IMG/VR virus record: IMGVR_UViG_3300035670_000009
Location: 96,001 to 160,000 of that record
Source: a virus
Taxonomy: Duplodnaviria > Caudoviricetes
DNA length: 64,000 nucleotides
Strand: one strand, 5' to 3'
Position 1 is the stretch's first letter, and each line of letters starts with the position of its first letter. Shown here piece by piece: positions 62,599-64,000 of the stretch. The translations under genes and the position numbers were made by a program. The notes below the pieces were generated by a model. It was not told the DNA's origin. It made no database searches and worked only from the letters and a program-made list of their open reading frames with translations.

Positions 62599-64000
62599 TC
62601 AAATCATCTGCCGTTCGAGATTTTTTGTGTCCATCTGAGCTTTTGCAGTTTCGGCCCTGGCCTTCTCCATGTCGATGAGCTGCTTCACATCGAAGTCGGC
62701 CATCTGCCCGGACTCAAGCCGTTTGCGCAGCAGCGCTTGCATAGCGGCCGGGGAGTCAACAAACTGCGGCGCCACGTCTGCCAGCTCGTTGAAAGCCTGC
62801 GCCACCTCGGTTGGATCGTGGCCGGAGATCACCGGGTCGTTAAGCACCATATCGTGGAGCATGCTCTGTGCCCGGATGTTGCGCAGGGCCGTCTCGTGCT
62901 CCGGATCGGTAAGGCTCTGGTAGGCCTTGGTCTTCATCTTTTTCTCGCCTTCAGCCGCGCCCTGCGCCATTCGGCTGGCGATGGCCTTGGCCGCGCTGAG
63001 GAAACCGCTGCGCACCGGAGCAAGGCTAAAGCCGCCGCTTTCGCGCTCGCCGCCGCGGCTACCTTGTCGCCGCTGCCGACCAGAACGTGATGGTTGAGAA
63101 GGGCGGCCACCGCCGCCAGAACCGCCACCGCCAGAACCGCCACCGCCAGGACCGCCACCGCCAGGACCGCCGCCTACTGGCCCCGCGTCTTCAAAGCTGT
63201 CGGGTTCCGCGCCCTCGTCTGAGTAATCGAGTTCGTCGTCTTCTGGAATTAGCGGCGAGCCGGAGTTTCGCTGTTGCTGCTGGCGCGCAGCTCGATTAGC
63301 AGCCTCGTGCGCCAGTTGCTCGGACCGCATCCGGTCGTATTCATCTTCGGGCATTGTTTCGTCCTGATGCACCCAAACAGGGTTGCCGAGCTTATTGTCA
63401 GGCATAACAAGTCGGAAATTGTCGCCCGGCGATGGTCGCCGATTGACAAAGTCTGCATGCGCTGCCGGGTCGACCTCAGTTCCCTTGTTGCCAAGCCGCG
63501 GCGCGCCTTCTTGCCCAGCGCGCGGCGGATCGACTAGGCCCCAGCGATCGCCAGCCGCCATGGCGCCCTTTAACACCAGCGGTTCATCGGCCGGGTTGTG
63601 CAGAATGCTTCCGGTGACGACCGCTGGCTCAGCTTTTTTTGCTGCGGCCTGCTTCGCCGCGGGCACCCGCGCCTGCGCCTCGTTGTAAGCTTCAAGGGCG
63701 CTGAGCACCGCGGCGGCCAGCTTGCAGGGCTGGCAATCGCCGATGATGACGTCCTTTGTGGCGGCCTGCTTGGTCAGGTGCGGGTAAACGGCGGCTAGCT
63801 TGTTAAGCACGGTCACGCCGTCCTCGCCGTAGCGCAATTCGGTCTCGCGCACGGCGTCTTGAAAACTCAAATTGCCCGGACGGCGGAAATACTCGTGAAG
63901 CTCTTCCATCGCCGCCGCGGCTTTGCTGTAAGCCGCCGTGGCCTGACGACGAAGCTCTTCCTGGGCCAACTCTGCAGCCCGCTTCTCAGAGGCAGCCCGT
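62599..64000 (-). CDS. Large head-module protein, 5'-truncated by the window; Gly-rich linker
   Basis: Frame stays open from 63969 to the window edge (...RAASEKRAAELAQ...); GGGGP/GGGGS repeats at about 63100-63180; many KxAA motifs. Confidence 0.75.
   Translation of the reverse strand, partial: RAASEKRAAELAQEELRRQATAAYSKAAAAMEELHEYFRRPGNLSFQDAVRETELRYGEDGVTVLNKLAAVYPHLTKQAATKDVIIGDCQPCKLAAAVLSALEAYNEAQARVPAAKQAAAKKAEPAVVTGSILHNPADEPLVLKGAMAAGDRWGLVDPPRAGQEGAPRLGNKGTEVDPAAHADFVNRRPSPGDNFRLVMPDNKLGNPVWVHQDETMPEDEYDRMRSEQLAHEAANRAARQQQQRNSGSPLIPEDDELDYSDEGAEPDSFEDAGPVGGGPGGGGPGGGGSGGGGSGGGGRPSQPSRSGRQRRQGSRGGERESGGFSLAPVRSGFLSAAKAIASRMAQGAAEGEKKMKTKAYQSLTDPEHETALRNIRAQSMLHDMVLNDPVISGHDPTEVAQAFNELADVAPQFVDSPAAMQALLRKRLESGQMADFDVKQLIDMEKARAETAKAQMDTKNLERQMI

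Larger units (their letters stand above)
1..64000 (-). mobile_element. Segment of a large contractile-tailed bacteriophage genome (head, neck, tail, baseplate, fibre and accessory genes)
   Basis: Dense, almost unidirectional gene array with ATGA-type overlaps; collinear protease-scaffold-decoration-capsid-neck-sheath-tube-spike-chaperone-tape measure-baseplate order; no bacterial housekeeping genes and no attachment site or integrase seen. Confidence 0.93.

Noticed and set aside
1-64000. Stop-codon reassignment (alternative genetic code), as seen in some large phages
   Set aside because: Genes are long and intact under the standard bacterial code; TAA, TAG and TGA all end genes with normal coupling.

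Overview
The whole window is a contiguous piece of a large myovirus-type (contractile-tailed, probably jumbo-class) bacteriophage genome, read almost entirely on the minus strand. From right to left it carries a head module: prohead protease-like 60498-61955, scaffold-like 59163-60452, decoration-like 58119-58667 and major capsid-like 57152-58078. Neck genes follow, then tail sheath (49131-51965), tail tube (48642-49112), a VgrG/gp5-like spike, tail chaperone-like genes and a tape measure-like gene. Next come a hub-like gene, a phage sigma-70 factor, baseplate wedge genes and five paralogous baseplate/fibre genes. A Cys/Ser/Pro-rich repetitive fibre region and a two-domain glycosyltransferase follow. 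The left end is an accessory region with csrA, a degenerate primase/helicase-like gene, a pyrimidine-dimer glycosylase-like gene, a DEDDh exoribonuclease and a GNAT. No terminase, portal, tRNA, CRISPR array or integrase was seen. Function calls come from motifs and synteny by eye, not from database searches; a Planctomycetota host is a weak guess. Best leads: (1) the phage encodes CsrA, and the capsid, decoration and sheath genes each carry their Shine-Dalgarno inside a stem-loop with an AUGGAG hexaloop, a textbook CsrA site, suggesting phage-encoded translational timing of virion assembly; (2) a dispersed 12-bp palindrome AWAGATATCTWT in 10 copies, mostly inside genes and in different frames; (3) a K-x-A-[A/S] motif enriched in head proteins, a candidate protease site; (4) both plus-strand genes appear to share a CATG with a divergent minus-strand gene; (5) a glycosyltransferase next to mucin-like Ser-rich fibres.
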